A DNA stretch of 36,485 bases from Clostridia bacterium (GTDB lineage Bacteria > Bacillota > Clostridia > Oscillospirales > Acutalibacteraceae). The notes under the pieces are model-generated. The model ran no database searches, was not told the DNA's origin, and saw only the letters and a list, made by a program, of their open reading frames with translations. The stretch spans positions 1 through 36,485 of the forward strand of contig JAFVAZ010000078.1 in the NCBI GenBank assembly GCA_017480265.1, in the 5' to 3' direction. The translations under genes were made by a program, and so were the position numbers. Shown here piece after piece: positions 1 to 9,299 of this stretch; position 1 is the stretch's first letter, and every line of letters starts with the position of its first letter.

Positions 1-73
1 CTACCAAGTATTCTATCTTATTACTATTATGAATAGGGTTCATTTTAGTCAATTTTTTAAAGATATCAAGCAT
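1..73 (-). CDS. 5' end of a CDS running off the left edge (possibly peptidyl-tRNA hydrolase, by position only)
   Basis: ATG at 73 on the minus strand, 2 nt after the prs stop and 8 nt after AAGGAGAG. Reads MLDIFKKLTKMNPIHNSNKIEYLV... The glmU-prs-pth order is common in Firmicutes, but only 24 codons are visible. Confidence 0.3.
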   Translation of the reverse strand, partial: MLDIFKKLTKMNPIHNSNKIEYLV

Positions 74-75
74 TT

Positions 76-1011
76 TTATTTCTCTCCTTTTAGAGCATTT
101 ATAGCTTCAGCAAATAAAGAAGCACCGGAGGCTGCTGCAAATTTATCTAGCAAGCCATCTTTTGCTATAGGGATGGTGTCCAAAGTATAGATCTTACTTA
201 TGTAGCTATCTTGGATGTTTTTGAGAGCTTGCCCGGATAAAATGGTATGCGTAACACAAGCTATAACATCTATGGCGCCGCCATTTTCTATAACAGCTTT
301 GGCTGCATGGCACAAAGTCCCGGATGTATCAACTATGTCGTCTACCAATATAACATGCTTTCCTTTTACATCTCCGATGACGTTCACAGCTTTAGAGATA
401 TTGGGATACTGCCGGCTTTTATCTACGATAGCAAGCGATACACCTAACTTGCTGGAGAAGGTTTTAGCTCTAGCGGAAGAACCTATATCTGGCGAGACTA
501 CTACATAATTTTGATTGTTTGATTTAATTTTATCTTTTATAAGAGGTTCAAAAGCAGTCAAGCCAAACAAATTATCAATGGGGATATCAAAGAATCCTTG
601 AATCTGCGGGGAATGAAGATCCATTGTCAAAACACGGGTTGCACCTGCTGCAGTAAGAAGATCGGCGACTAACTTAGCAGATATAGGATCTCCGGTGTGA
701 GATTTTCTATCTTGCCGTGCATAGCCAAAGTAAGGGATTACTGCGGTTATGTTGGCAGCTGATGCTCGTTTCATCGCGTCTATCATTATCAAGAGTTCCA
801 TTAAGTTATCGTTGACAGGTGGGCAGGTAGACTGCACAACAAAACAATTAGCGCCTCTTACAGGTTCATTAATAGAAACAGAGATTTCTCCATCACTAAA
901 AGTTTTCACCTCTGCGTTCCCTAAAGGAACTTGCAAGAAAGAAGCTATCTTTTTTGCAATGCTGCGGTTAGAATTCCCCGAAAAGATCTTTATACCTCCG
1001 CCATACTTCAT
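76..1011 (-). CDS. prs: ribose-phosphate pyrophosphokinase (PRPP synthetase)
   Basis: 311-aa ORF with N-terminus MKYGGGIKIFSGNSNRSIAKKIA, DLHSPQIQGFFDIP and the PRPP loop VILVDDIVDTSGT. RBS AAGGAGAG lies before ATG 1011. Confidence 0.95.
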   Translation of the reverse strand: MKYGGGIKIFSGNSNRSIAKKIASFLQVPLGNAEVKTFSDGEISVSINEPVRGANCFVVQSTCPPVNDNLMELLIMIDAMKRASAANITAVIPYFGYARQDRKSHTGDPISAKLVADLLTAAGATRVLTMDLHSPQIQGFFDIPIDNLFGLTAFEPLIKDKIKSNNQNYVVVSPDIGSSARAKTFSSKLGVSLAIVDKSRQYPNISKAVNVIGDVKGKHVILVDDIVDTSGTLCHAAKAVIENGGAIDVIACVTHTILSGQALKNIQDSYISKIYTLDTIPIAKDGLLDKFAAASGASLFAEAINALKGEK

Positions 1012-1058
1012 GATTAATTTACTCTCCTTGTTTTTTTTTACAATCGAAAGAAGGAAGA

Positions 1059-2033
1059 TTAATTCTTATAATTTTTATAGTTTACAAATTGTACAGTACT
1101 ATTATCAGAAATGACACAATTGTCCAAAAGCACATTGGGTCCAATCGTACAGTTATTTCCGATTATACTTTTCCCTTTGATGATAGAATTGGGGAAAATA
1201 GTGACGTTATCGCCCAATTTGACTTCTTCAGCGATAATAATACCATCTGTAAATGGGATATTGATCCCGGATCGCATTAAATTAAGTAAAACCTTTTCCC
1301 TAGCTATGTTATTGAGTTGGTTTAATTGGACCCGATCGTTAGCTCCTTTGATGATATTTTCATCATCTACGGAAAAGGCCCCGACTCTTTCGTCATTTTT
1401 GATAAGCAAACTGATGGCGTCCGGTAGATAAAATTCATTTTGAGCGTTATTGTTAGATATATCAAAAATAACGCTTAATAGCGATTTTACGTTAAACCAA
1501 TATACTCCGGAATTCACTTCGTTTATTAGTTGAGTATTTTTATCTGCATCTTTTTGTTCTACTATTTTAGATAATTGATTTTCCTCATTACGGATAATCC
1601 TACCGTAGCCAAAAGGATTTTTTATTTTAGCGGAGATCACCGTAGCGCTATTGCGGTTAGATTTGTGGAATGTATAAGATTTGTTGATTGTTTCAGAGTC
1701 TATAAATGGTGAGTCTCCATTCAAAACCAATACGTCTTTATCGATATTTTTTTTAAGAAAATCATTCGCCGTAATGACAGCATGAGCAGTCCCCAAGCGT
1801 TCTTTTTGTATAGTTGTTAAAAAGTGCCCGTCAATAGACATTAGGTATTTTTCTAATTCATTGTGCTTATATCCAGAGACTATGCATATGTCATCGATAT
1901 TTACTTTTTGCAGTGAATCTATTACCCATTTTATCATAGGTTTAAATAAAACTTCAGACAAAACTTTTGGCATTTCAGATTTCATGCGTTTTCCATCTCC
2001 GGCTGCTAAAATAATCGCGCATATATTATCCAT
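1059..2033 (-). CDS. glmU: GlmU-like N-acetylglucosamine-1-phosphate uridyltransferase with a truncated left-handed beta-helix (acetyltransferase part missing)
   Basis: 324 aa. Has the nucleotidyltransferase motif AIILAAGDGKRMKS. Only a few hexapeptide repeats (IIGNNCTIGPNVLLDNCVISDNS) precede the stop. RBS GGAGGGG lies before ATG 2033, and prs starts only 47 bp after the stop. Confidence 0.75.
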   Translation of the reverse strand: MDNICAIILAAGDGKRMKSEMPKVLSEVLFKPMIKWVIDSLQKVNIDDICIVSGYKHNELEKYLMSIDGHFLTTIQKERLGTAHAVITANDFLKKNIDKDVLVLNGDSPFIDSETINKSYTFHKSNRNSATVISAKIKNPFGYGRIIRNEENQLSKIVEQKDADKNTQLINEVNSGVYWFNVKSLLSVIFDISNNNAQNEFYLPDAISLLIKNDERVGAFSVDDENIIKGANDRVQLNQLNNIAREKVLLNLMRSGINIPFTDGIIIAEEVKLGDNVTIFPNSIIKGKSIIGNNCTIGPNVLLDNCVISDNSTVQFVNYKNYKN

Positions 2034-2392
2034 ATTCCCCTCCTAGTTTTATTCATAATAATTGCCATAATCCTTAAGAATATCAATTGATGTCTTAATT
2101 TAAATATTAAAAATAAGAGCTATTTTCAATTATATCGATTATCTAAACAAAGTGCTACTTAATATCGGGGCATAAAAAAAGCAATAAAATATGGAAAAAG
2201 ATTCTCCAAAAATAAAGAGTAAAAAAATAAAAAATGGATTAAATAAAGCGGAATAACCAAGAAGAAAGTGCAGAAAATACAATGCTACATCATAAACTTA
2301 TTTTATCCATGCACTTTATTTTGCCATTTTTTATTTACTCATTTATCCAGTATGGATGTTATACATATCATATTCAAACGTTCAAAAATAAA

Positions 2393-2740
2393 TTATTTTA
2401 CGACTTTATCAACTAAAGTTTTAAACCCTACTGCATCAGAAATTGCAATCTCAGATAGCATTTTTCTATTAAGGTTAATCCCTGCTTTTTTGAGTTTATT
2501 CATAAATGTAGAGTAATTTGTTCCATTCATCTTGCATGCAGCAGAGATCCTCGTTATCCAGAGCTTGCGGAAATCGCGCTTTTTTTGCTTTCTGCCTACA
2601 TAAGCGTATTGGGTGGATTTCATTACAGCCTGTTTAGCCATCTTAAAATGCTTACTCTTTGCGCCCCAATAGCCTTTGGCTAATTTTAAAGTCTTTTTTC
2701 TTCTTTTTCTAGTTGCCAATGCACCTTTAATTCGTGCCAT
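2393..2740 (-). CDS. rplT: 50S ribosomal protein L20
   Basis: 115 aa, [29 protein letters not shown]..., directly downstream of rpmI. Confidence 0.97.
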   Translation of the reverse strand: MARIKGALATRKRRKKTLKLAKGYWGAKSKHFKMAKQAVMKSTQYAYVGRKQKKRDFRKLWITRISAACKMNGTNYSTFMNKLKKAGINLNRKMLSEIAISDAVGFKTLVDKVVK

Positions 2741-2757
2741 TTTTATCCCTCCCAGAT

Positions 2758-2955
2758 TTATTTATATGGTATTAATCTCTTGATTTGAAAAACGTTGGTT
2801 TTATCGGTAGCTACGGTTTGCCGGAGTCCTCTTTTTCTTTTAGTAGTTTTTTTGTTTAAAATATGTGACTTATTGGCGTGAGCTCGAATAATTTTCCCAG
2901 TTTTTGAAAATTTAAATCTTTTCTTAGCCCCGCTATGTGTTTTAATTTTAGGCAT
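2758..2955 (-). CDS. rpmI: 50S ribosomal protein L35
   Basis: 65 aa, [21 protein letters not shown]..., between infC and rplT. Confidence 0.97.
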   Translation of the reverse strand: MPKIKTHSGAKKRFKFSKTGKIIRAHANKSHILNKKTTKRKRGLRQTVATDKTNVFQIKRLIPYK

Positions 2956-2985
2956 AAAAAACCTCCTTAAAAATATTAAATAAAT

Positions 2986-3504
2986 TTACTTAATTAATTT
3001 GGGCGAAAGAAACATTAGCATATTACGACCTTCTAGCTTAGCAGGTTTTTCAACATTTGCAAAGTCGCTACATAGTTCGCTAAATTTATTCATAACGTTA
3101 TACCCTAATTCCGGGTGTCCCATCTCTCTACCTCTAAATCGGATGGTGACTTTAACTTTGCTGCCCTGCTGTATAAACTTTTCTACATGTTTAAGCTTAG
3201 TATTAAAATCATGCGTATCAATGTTCAAAGAAAGTCTGATCTCTTTTATATTAACGACTTTTTGATTTTTTTTAGCTTCTTTTTCGCGTTTAGCCATCTC
3301 AAACCGATATTTTCCATAATCGATAATTTTGCAAACGGGCGGAGTGGCTTGTGGAGCTATCTTAACTAAATCAAGATTTTTTTTAAGAGCAATTGCCATC
3401 GCATCATTCCTTGACATTATTCCCAATTGCTCGCCATCTTCGCCGATAAGCCTCACTTCTTTATCGCGTATGCTTTCGTTAATCTGTAGTTCTTTATTGC
3501 TAAT
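2986..3504 (-). CDS. infC: translation initiation factor IF-3, ATT start codon
   Basis: The ORF track starts at an internal GTG (3456). Extending in frame reaches ATT (3504-3502), 8 nt after GGAGGT. This reads (M)SNKELQINESIRDKEVRLIGEDGEQLG, a canonical IF-3 N-terminus. An AUU start is the conserved autoregulatory feature of infC. Confidence 0.92.
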   Translation of the reverse strand: MSNKELQINESIRDKEVRLIGEDGEQLGIMSRNDAMAIALKKNLDLVKIAPQATPPVCKIIDYGKYRFEMAKREKEAKKNQKVVNIKEIRLSLNIDTHDFNTKLKHVEKFIQQGSKVKVTIRFRGREMGHPELGYNVMNKFSELCSDFANVEKPAKLEGRNMLMFLSPKLIK

Positions 3505-3660
3505 GTTTGAGCACCTCCAAAAAAATTAAAATGCGATGAGATTGTGGTCTCTTCGCAGATAATAAACAAACATCAAATTAAAAGATGCTTAAATATTAAC
3601 CTATGAAGAGTTAATCCCATAGGTGAAAACGAGTAATTCGTTTCACTTCTATTTTACACG
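3505..3660 (-). promoter_or_regulatory. structured 5' leader of infC-rpmI-rplT, candidate L20-responsive leader
   Basis: About 150 nt between the promoter and the RBS. Minus-strand hairpins are GTGAAACGA/TCGTTTTCAC and CCTATG/CATAGG, then the terminator hairpin. Position and layout match L20-mediated attenuation known in Firmicutes. No covariance model was run. Confidence 0.45.
3519..3556 (-). terminator. attenuator-type hairpin plus U-tract immediately upstream of the infC RBS
   Basis: The minus strand reads GCGAAGAGA-CCACAA-TCTCATCGC, followed by ATTTTAATTTTTTT and then GGAGGTG. Confidence 0.5.
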
Positions 3661-3664
3661 ATTT

Positions 3665-3693
3665 ATTGTATCATCTTTTTTTTGTTTCGTCAA
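3665..3693 (-). promoter_or_regulatory. sigma-A type promoter for the infC operon
   Basis: The minus strand reads TTGACG, a 17-nt spacer, then TACAAT. Confidence 0.55.
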
Positions 3694-3712
3694 TAGGGGA
3701 ATTCTTAAAAAA

Positions 3713-4288
3713 TTAACAAATGCATTCAATAATTTCTCCAAATGTTAGTCCATCAACCCCCGCTGCATTTGCTTCATCTGTATCAATGTGCATCGCGGGG
3801 GAGAAAGTATCACTTACTCTAACAACTACATCGCCAAAGATAAGAGTACGATCCGCAGAGTTCACTTTCACATTGACGGTATCGTTATCTTTTAATTTAT
3901 ATTTATCTGCGGTTGCTGGGTCCAGATGGATATGCCTTTTAGCTATTATCGCGCAATTTTTTAAAGCCACTTCACCATTTGGCCCTACCAGTGTGCATTC
4001 GGCAGCATTGTTTAGATGCCCCGATTCTTTGATAGGAGGAGACAAGCCGATTTTCCTTGCGTCGGTCAGAGAAATTTCCACTTGAGTTTTGGGTCTAAGA
4101 GGACCTAAAATTGTAGCTTTGACTTCTCCTTTGCTACCTTTTATTATCACATTTTCAAGACAAGCAAACTGACCAGGCTGCGAAAGATCCTTCCTTTTGT
4201 GCAGGCGGTAATTTGCTCCAAATAAAGCCGCTAGATCTTTCTGGCAAAGGTGCACGTGCCTAGCGGAAGTTTCGATCATTATTTTCAT
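3713..4288 (-). CDS. pduL: PduL-type phosphate acyltransferase (phosphate propanoyltransferase family)
   Basis: Two PduL-like repeats (IETSARHVHLCQKDLAALFG and IIAKRHIHLDPATADKY). ATG 4288 follows GAAAGGGA; the ORF-track start at 4309 has no RBS. Confidence 0.8.
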   Translation of the reverse strand: MKIMIETSARHVHLCQKDLAALFGANYRLHKRKDLSQPGQFACLENVIIKGSKGEVKATILGPLRPKTQVEISLTDARKIGLSPPIKESGHLNNAAECTLVGPNGEVALKNCAIIAKRHIHLDPATADKYKLKDNDTVNVKVNSADRTLIFGDVVVRVSDTFSPAMHIDTDEANAAGVDGLTFGEIIECIC

Positions 4289-4387
4289 ATTTTCCCTTTC
4301 ATTGTCCATCTGCAGCCACAGCGGTGTAAATTTAACACCTTGTATTTTTTACACCGTGTTGCTTAGTGGGATTTGGACAGCGCTTTT

Positions 4388-4810
4388 CTATAGAATTTCT
4401 GCCTTCGGGCTGACTTTGATTTTCGCTTCGACTTTATCTTTCTTCTTGAAACTAGAACTGATCTTATCTATAGCACCAGGGAGCATATCTATAACTCTAT
4501 CTATAGAAGAATTTGAAGGTTCTACTCTCAGTATACTTACCTTAGAATCCGCAATAGTTAAGAAAGCTACAGGAGATATGGTAACCCCGGCCCCGCTACC
4601 ACCACCAAAGAGCGGCAGCTTTGTTTCGCTCTCTTTTTTATTCGAAAATTCAGATCCTCCAGAAGCAAATCCATAAGTCACCTTTGAAATAGGTATAATA
4701 GTAGTATCCCCCACAGCGATCGGGTCGCCGATGATAGTGTTGATATCCACCATTTCCTTTATTTTTTGCATTGTTTTGTCGAGCATATTATCGATAGGAT
4801 GTTCACTCAT
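4388..4810 (-). CDS. ytfJ: sporulation protein YtfJ/GerW family
   Basis: 140 aa, with IIGDPIAVGDTTIIPISKVTYGFASGGSEF and GGGSGAGVTISPVAFL typical of the family. Its start overlaps the upstream gene's stop (ATGA). Confidence 0.85.
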   Translation of the reverse strand: MSEHPIDNMLDKTMQKIKEMVDINTIIGDPIAVGDTTIIPISKVTYGFASGGSEFSNKKESETKLPLFGGGSGAGVTISPVAFLTIADSKVSILRVEPSNSSIDRVIDMLPGAIDKISSSFKKKDKVEAKIKVSPKAEIL

Positions 4811-5472
4811 GATTTTACACCTTCCTTAATTTTTAGATTTTTTAAAGAAATAAAGCTCTTAATAAGCTTGAAAAGTGCTATAAATATAGCCTTTAGGATG
4901 TATATTAACCTAATTTTAAAAATGCTGGAAAAGCAAATAAAAGATTTTTTTCCATTAAAATCGGGAGAGATCCTTACAGTGTAGTTTTTTATATTGAAAT
5001 TTTTAAAAATCAGCTCCATTGCAGGATATACTATAGCGCAAGTTTGTCCGTATTTTATCGCTGTTTGAGCAGAATCTCCTTCGCAAATTTTCACATCTAA
5101 ATAAAATTTTATCACATAAATATGTTTTATCAAATATTCAGATGTATTCTTCAGGGTAACTACAAAGTTTTTTACAATCTTTAAAAAACCTATAACCCCT
5201 TTTTCTTCAATCAATTTTTTTACTTTACTCTTTTTTTTGATATTTTTCGAGGTTTTCTCTTTATTTCCCTGCGCATCGTCATGTGACTGCTCATATTCTT
5301 TAGTATTAGCATTTTTCTCCTTTTTAAAATTACGAGATAAATTAAATTTAAAAAATAAATATTTAACCTGTGCAGATATTTCATTTTCAAAGCTAATATA
5401 AAATTTTACATTGATTAAGAGCATTACTATAATGAAGCAAACAATACCCAAAAGAACAAGTACACCAGTCAT
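4807..5472 (-). CDS. DUF2953 / YtfI-like membrane-anchored protein
   Basis: 221 aa with an N-terminal TM helix (VLVLLGIVCFIIVMLLI) and a Lys-rich linker. It is translationally coupled to ytfJ, as ytfI-ytfJ is in Bacillus. Confidence 0.6.
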   Translation of the reverse strand: MTGVLVLLGIVCFIIVMLLINVKFYISFENEISAQVKYLFFKFNLSRNFKKEKNANTKEYEQSHDDAQGNKEKTSKNIKKKSKVKKLIEEKGVIGFLKIVKNFVVTLKNTSEYLIKHIYVIKFYLDVKICEGDSAQTAIKYGQTCAIVYPAMELIFKNFNIKNYTVRISPDFNGKKSFICFSSIFKIRLIYILKAIFIALFKLIKSFISLKNLKIKEGVKS

Positions 5473-5566
5473 TTGATAATCCTTTAATAAGAGTTAATAT
5501 TAAGAAAACATCTTCAAAAATAATTTTAGCACAAATAAAAAATAAAACAAATTTTTTTAAAGATAT

Positions 5567-6082
5567 TTACTCATTAGACGGCAAAGTTGGAAGCTCATCT
5601 AAGGATGAAATACCAAAGCATTTCAAAAAATTCAAAGTAGTACCATACAAAAGAGGCTTCCCAGGCAAATCTAGCCTTCCTTTTTCTTCTATTAGGTCTT
5701 TATTCACAAGGTTCGAGATACTGCCGGCACAATCAACCCCTCGGACCTGCTCAATAAACGATTTCGTGACCGGTTGATTATAGGCAACAATTGCCAAGAC
5801 CTCCATAGCTGCAGGAGATAGCGGGGAGTTCCTCCTTGCATCCATTATTTTTCTTATGTATTCCGCATAGATCGGTTTTGCGCACATTTGATATTGATCA
5901 TTCAGCTTCACTATGCAGATCCCACTCTCTTGTTGGTCGTATTTGTCTATAATATTTTCCAGAAGTTTAAAAACAGTAACTTTATCTATGCCTAAACTTC
6001 TAGAGAGCTTGTCTATCTTTAAAGGTTCCGCGTAAGCAAACAATATAGCTTCAATGATCGCCTGTGCTTTTTTTATTTCCAT
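5567..6082 (-). CDS. scpB: segregation and condensation protein B
   Basis: 171 aa, IEAILFAYAEPLKIDKLS..., immediately after scpA. Confidence 0.9.
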   Translation of the reverse strand: MEIKKAQAIIEAILFAYAEPLKIDKLSRSLGIDKVTVFKLLENIIDKYDQQESGICIVKLNDQYQMCAKPIYAEYIRKIMDARRNSPLSPAAMEVLAIVAYNQPVTKSFIEQVRGVDCAGSISNLVNKDLIEEKGRLDLPGKPLLYGTTLNFLKCFGISSLDELPTLPSNE

Positions 6083-6084
6083 TT

Positions 6085-6786
6085 TTATCTCCTTTTTCTC
6101 ACAAGGCTTACAAGGCTATTGTCATCTGATATGGTTATTTTTTTATTTTTTATTAATTCAAGCAACGCTAAAAACGTAGCTACAGAATCAGATTTAGAGT
6201 TTTCATTAGGGAAAAGGGTCCCATAATCTATCGGTGTATCCTTATATAATTTCCTTAAAATAAATATAACCTTTGAAAATACTGAAACGATTTTTTTAGA
6301 AATAATAGCAGAAAAATCCTCGATTTTAGGTGGCAATTTCATCTCATCTTTTCCCAGCACATTTTCATAAGCCTTGAGCAGTTCTGTTACGGTATGCATC
6401 CTGCTGTATGTGGCAGCTTGTGGGAGCTCTAGCGGTAGCCTAGATATAAAATCTAGGTTTAAATTTTTAAATAAAACACTTGCGATCTTTTTGCACTCTC
6501 GATATTCAATAAGTTGCCCAGACAGTTCTTCCTTTAATTTTTCAGCTTCTTCATTTTTGGGTAGCAATGACACCGTTTTTATATATATAAGTCTGGCAGC
6601 CATTTCTAAAAATTCACTGGTGATATTTATATTATTTTCTTTCATTATTTCCATCTGCTTCATATATTGCTCCAGGAGTTCAGCAATCTTAATATCATGT
6701 ATATTTAGCTTGTGCTTTGATATCAGCTGTAGCAATAAATCCAGTGGACCTTCAAATTCCGCTAACTTATATATCATTTTGCTCAT
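6085..6786 (-). CDS. scpA: segregation and condensation protein A (kleisin)
   Basis: 233 aa, with FEGPLDLLLQLISKHKLNIHDIKIAELLEQY at the N-terminus. Confidence 0.9.
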   Translation of the reverse strand: MSKMIYKLAEFEGPLDLLLQLISKHKLNIHDIKIAELLEQYMKQMEIMKENNINITSEFLEMAARLIYIKTVSLLPKNEEAEKLKEELSGQLIEYRECKKIASVLFKNLNLDFISRLPLELPQAATYSRMHTVTELLKAYENVLGKDEMKLPPKIEDFSAIISKKIVSVFSKVIFILRKLYKDTPIDYGTLFPNENSKSDSVATFLALLELIKNKKITISDDNSLVSLVRKRR

Positions 6787-6789
6787 ACT

Positions 6790-7467
6790 TTATAAACTCC
6801 ATAAGTTGCCAAACGGCAAACCGGTAACATACATTATCCAATTATAAATTGCCACACTAGCGGCTTGTATAGGATAAGACAAAACGCCAAGAAAAACAGC
6901 AAAAAACAAAACTGCTGAGATTATCCTTTGATAGCTATACATCTTATACACCACGCGATTGGGCAAAAAGGCTTCTAAAATTTTCGAACCATCAAGCGGA
7001 GGCACCGGTATTAAATTAAAAACAGCTAAGCCTACATTTAGACTTATAAAAAATTCTAAAAAAATCTCTGCAATATATACTACAGTATTTAAGCTGCCGG
7101 CATTAGCAATTACTGCATTTAAGATTACTCCGCCCAAGAAAGCCGAAAGTAAATTTGAAAAAGGTCCCGCTAAGGCTACTAAAAACGTACCTAATCTATG
7201 GTTTTTAAAATTACTGGGGTCTATCGGCACAGGTTTAGCCCAGCCAACACCCAGCAAAAGGATAGCTAAAGCTCCTATAGGATCTATATGCCTTAACGGA
7301 TTAAAGGAAAGTCTGCCGTAATTTTTTGCAGTATTGTCGCCTAATTTATACGCAACAAGTCCGTGCGCAAATTCGTGAAATGGCATCACTAAAAATATAA
7401 CAATTAACGTAGCGAAAATTTTTAACATAGCGTATTCGGGGGTAACTCCGGAACGCATAAACCACAT
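6790..7467 (-). CDS. site-2 protease family (peptidase M50) membrane metalloprotease
   Basis: HEFAHGLVAYKLGD (HExxH) and NLIPVPPLDGSKIL motifs, with multiple TM helices. RBS GGGAGGA. Confidence 0.8.
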   Translation of the reverse strand: MWFMRSGVTPEYAMLKIFATLIVIFLVMPFHEFAHGLVAYKLGDNTAKNYGRLSFNPLRHIDPIGALAILLLGVGWAKPVPIDPSNFKNHRLGTFLVALAGPFSNLLSAFLGGVILNAVIANAGSLNTVVYIAEIFLEFFISLNVGLAVFNLIPVPPLDGSKILEAFLPNRVVYKMYSYQRIISAVLFFAVFLGVLSYPIQAASVAIYNWIMYVTGLPFGNLWSL

Positions 7468-7554
7468 ATAATATCCTCCCTTTTAAGATCCTTTTAATAA
7501 ACCAAGTAACAGCATAACAGCACAATATATGCAATTTTATATCCAAATAAAATT

Positions 7555-7583
7555 ATTATATCGTTTAATTTAAGTCTATGCAA
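7555..7583 (-). promoter_or_regulatory. sigma-A type promoter upstream of the M50-scpA-scpB genes
   Basis: The minus strand reads TTGCAT, a 17-nt spacer, then TATAAT. Confidence 0.5.
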
Positions 7584-7638
7584 GCACATGGGACGCGTCC
7601 TTTTTTGCTTAAAATTAAAAATCAGCTGTATAACGCAT

Positions 7639-8334
7639 TTAGCCTATTAGTTTAGGGGTAAACTGTAGATAATCTGCAGATATTAGGTCAAACCGGATGC
7701 CGTTGTAATCGCCGATAAAAGCTTTGCTTATAGCGTTCTGCCCATGTAAATGTCCATAGTAGCATCTCTTTATCTGAAATTTTTCTAAGACATTTAAAAT
7801 TTCTATGCACTTAAATTGCCCGTAAATAGGAGGGTAATGCAAAAATGCTATTGGCTCTTTTGCAAATTTTTCTGCTGATTTTATAGAAACTTCTAGGCGT
7901 TGGACTTCTCTTTTTAATATTTTATCATCTGTTTTGTCGATATTGTCATAAAACCAACCCCTAGTTCCACAGATAGAGTAATTGCCCACATTTTCTGCAG
8001 AATTGTATATTAAAGAAATGGAGTTAAAGTTATTTGCATGTAAATAAGTATCGATTTTCTTTTTTGTACTCCACCAATAGTCATGGTTACCCTTTAATAG
8101 AATTTTCTTCCCTGGAAGACCTTCTAAAAACTCGAAATCTTTTTGGGTTTCTTCTAGCTTCAAAGCCCAAGAAATATCCCCAGCTATTACGACGGTATCA
8201 TTGGCAGTTACTATGTTCTTCCAGTTTTTTTCTAATCTATCCTCATAATTTTCCCAGCCTGTAAATATATCCATAGATTTGTTTTTCCCTGTTCCTTTAG
8301 AAAGGTGCAAATCTGCTATTGCATAGATAGCCAT
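7639..8334 (-). CDS. metallophosphoesterase
   Basis: Motifs ADLHLS, GDISW, GNHDYWW and GHLHG. RBS GGAGGA. Confidence 0.8.
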   Translation of the reverse strand: MAIYAIADLHLSKGTGKNKSMDIFTGWENYEDRLEKNWKNIVTANDTVVIAGDISWALKLEETQKDFEFLEGLPGKKILLKGNHDYWWSTKKKIDTYLHANNFNSISLIYNSAENVGNYSICGTRGWFYDNIDKTDDKILKREVQRLEVSIKSAEKFAKEPIAFLHYPPIYGQFKCIEILNVLEKFQIKRCYYGHLHGQNAISKAFIGDYNGIRFDLISADYLQFTPKLIG

Positions 8335-8351
8335 CTTTATCCTCCGTATTT

Positions 8352-9299
8352 TTATCTGTTGTTTGTGTTAATATCCCAGAAGTTCAAAAAGAAATTGTAT
8401 GCGTTATTGAAGAATATATCTTGCAATAACCTTTGACTATACCCTAAACGCAAAAAAGCTTCATATATTTTTCCCAAAGACTCTACCCCCGAGATCTCAT
8501 CAGGCATAGCAGCTCCATCAAAATCTGCGCCCAGGCAGACGCTCTTTTCTCCGCCTAATGATAAAAAATGCTCTACATGTTTAATTATATCAGAAATGGT
8601 GGGATTATCATTGCTGTTTAAAAAATATCTGCAAAAATTGATCCCTACTATTCCCCCTCTGTGCATTATTTCTTTAAACTGCTCATCCGTTAAATTCCTT
8701 TTATTATTGCATATCGTTCTAGAATTAGAGTGACTGGCGGCTAAAGGCGACTTGGTTTTTTCCATGACGTCATAGAATAAAGCATCGCTGGCATGCGAAA
8801 TATCTATCACCATTTTTAAATCTTCCATCTTTTTTACTACATTAAGCCCAAACTCCGTCAATCCTTTCGGATTTTCTACTTTTATGCCGTCCCCGATTTC
8901 GCATCTGCCATTCCAAGTTAAGGTCATCATCTTTACGCCGGCTTTATATAAATGCTCAAGATTTTTTATCTCTCCACCTAGCGCTGCTCCGCCCTCTACT
9001 GTAAATATAATATTACATTTGTTTTTATCGTAATTTTTTAAATCATTTGGATGTTTGCAGACTTTTATCTTAGACTTAAATTTCTCAGCTTCATTTTGCA
9101 ATTTATCCTTAGCTCTATTAAATAATTCTACAGCGCCATTTCCTCGATATTCATCGGGGATAAAAATAGCAAAACATTGAACCCAAGCATCGTATCCGAG
9201 CCCCTTTTCAATATTCACATGAAAATCCCTTGATATCAAATCTTTATCTTCGTCTAAAGCTTTCCCTAAAGTATCACAGTGTAAATCAAAAATCTTCAA
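8352..9299 (-). CDS. membrane dipeptidase (peptidase M19 family)
   Basis: KIFDLHCDT N-terminus and a family-typical TIM-barrel sequence. TTG 9299 lies 4 nt after GGAGGGA; the ORF-track ATG 9323 has no RBS. Confidence 0.82.
   Translation of the reverse strand: MKIFDLHCDTLGKALDEDKDLISRDFHVNIEKGLGYDAWVQCFAIFIPDEYRGNGAVELFNRAKDKLQNEAEKFKSKIKVCKHPNDLKNYDKNKCNIIFTVEGGAALGGEIKNLEHLYKAGVKMMTLTWNGRCEIGDGIKVENPKGLTEFGLNVVKKMEDLKMVIDISHASDALFYDVMEKTKSPLAASHSNSRTICNNKRNLTDEQFKEIMHRGGIVGINFCRYFLNSNDNPTISDIIKHVEHFLSLGGEKSVCLGADFDGAAMPDEISGVESLGKIYEAFLRLGYSQRLLQDIFFNNAYNFFLNFWDINTNNR

Noticed and set aside
2268-2516. 82-aa plus-strand ORF in the glmU-rplT intergenic region, overlapping the rplT 3' end.
   Set aside because: AT-rich low-complexity translation with no RBS, and it overlaps the end of a ribosomal protein gene. 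The flanking inverted repeat AAAGTGCA/TGCACTTT has an approximately 36-nt loop and is weak.
7346-7546. 66-aa minus-strand ORF overlapping the M50 protease start region.
   Set aside because: It overlaps the 5' end of the M50 gene and its RBS in another frame, and has no motifs or RBS of its own.
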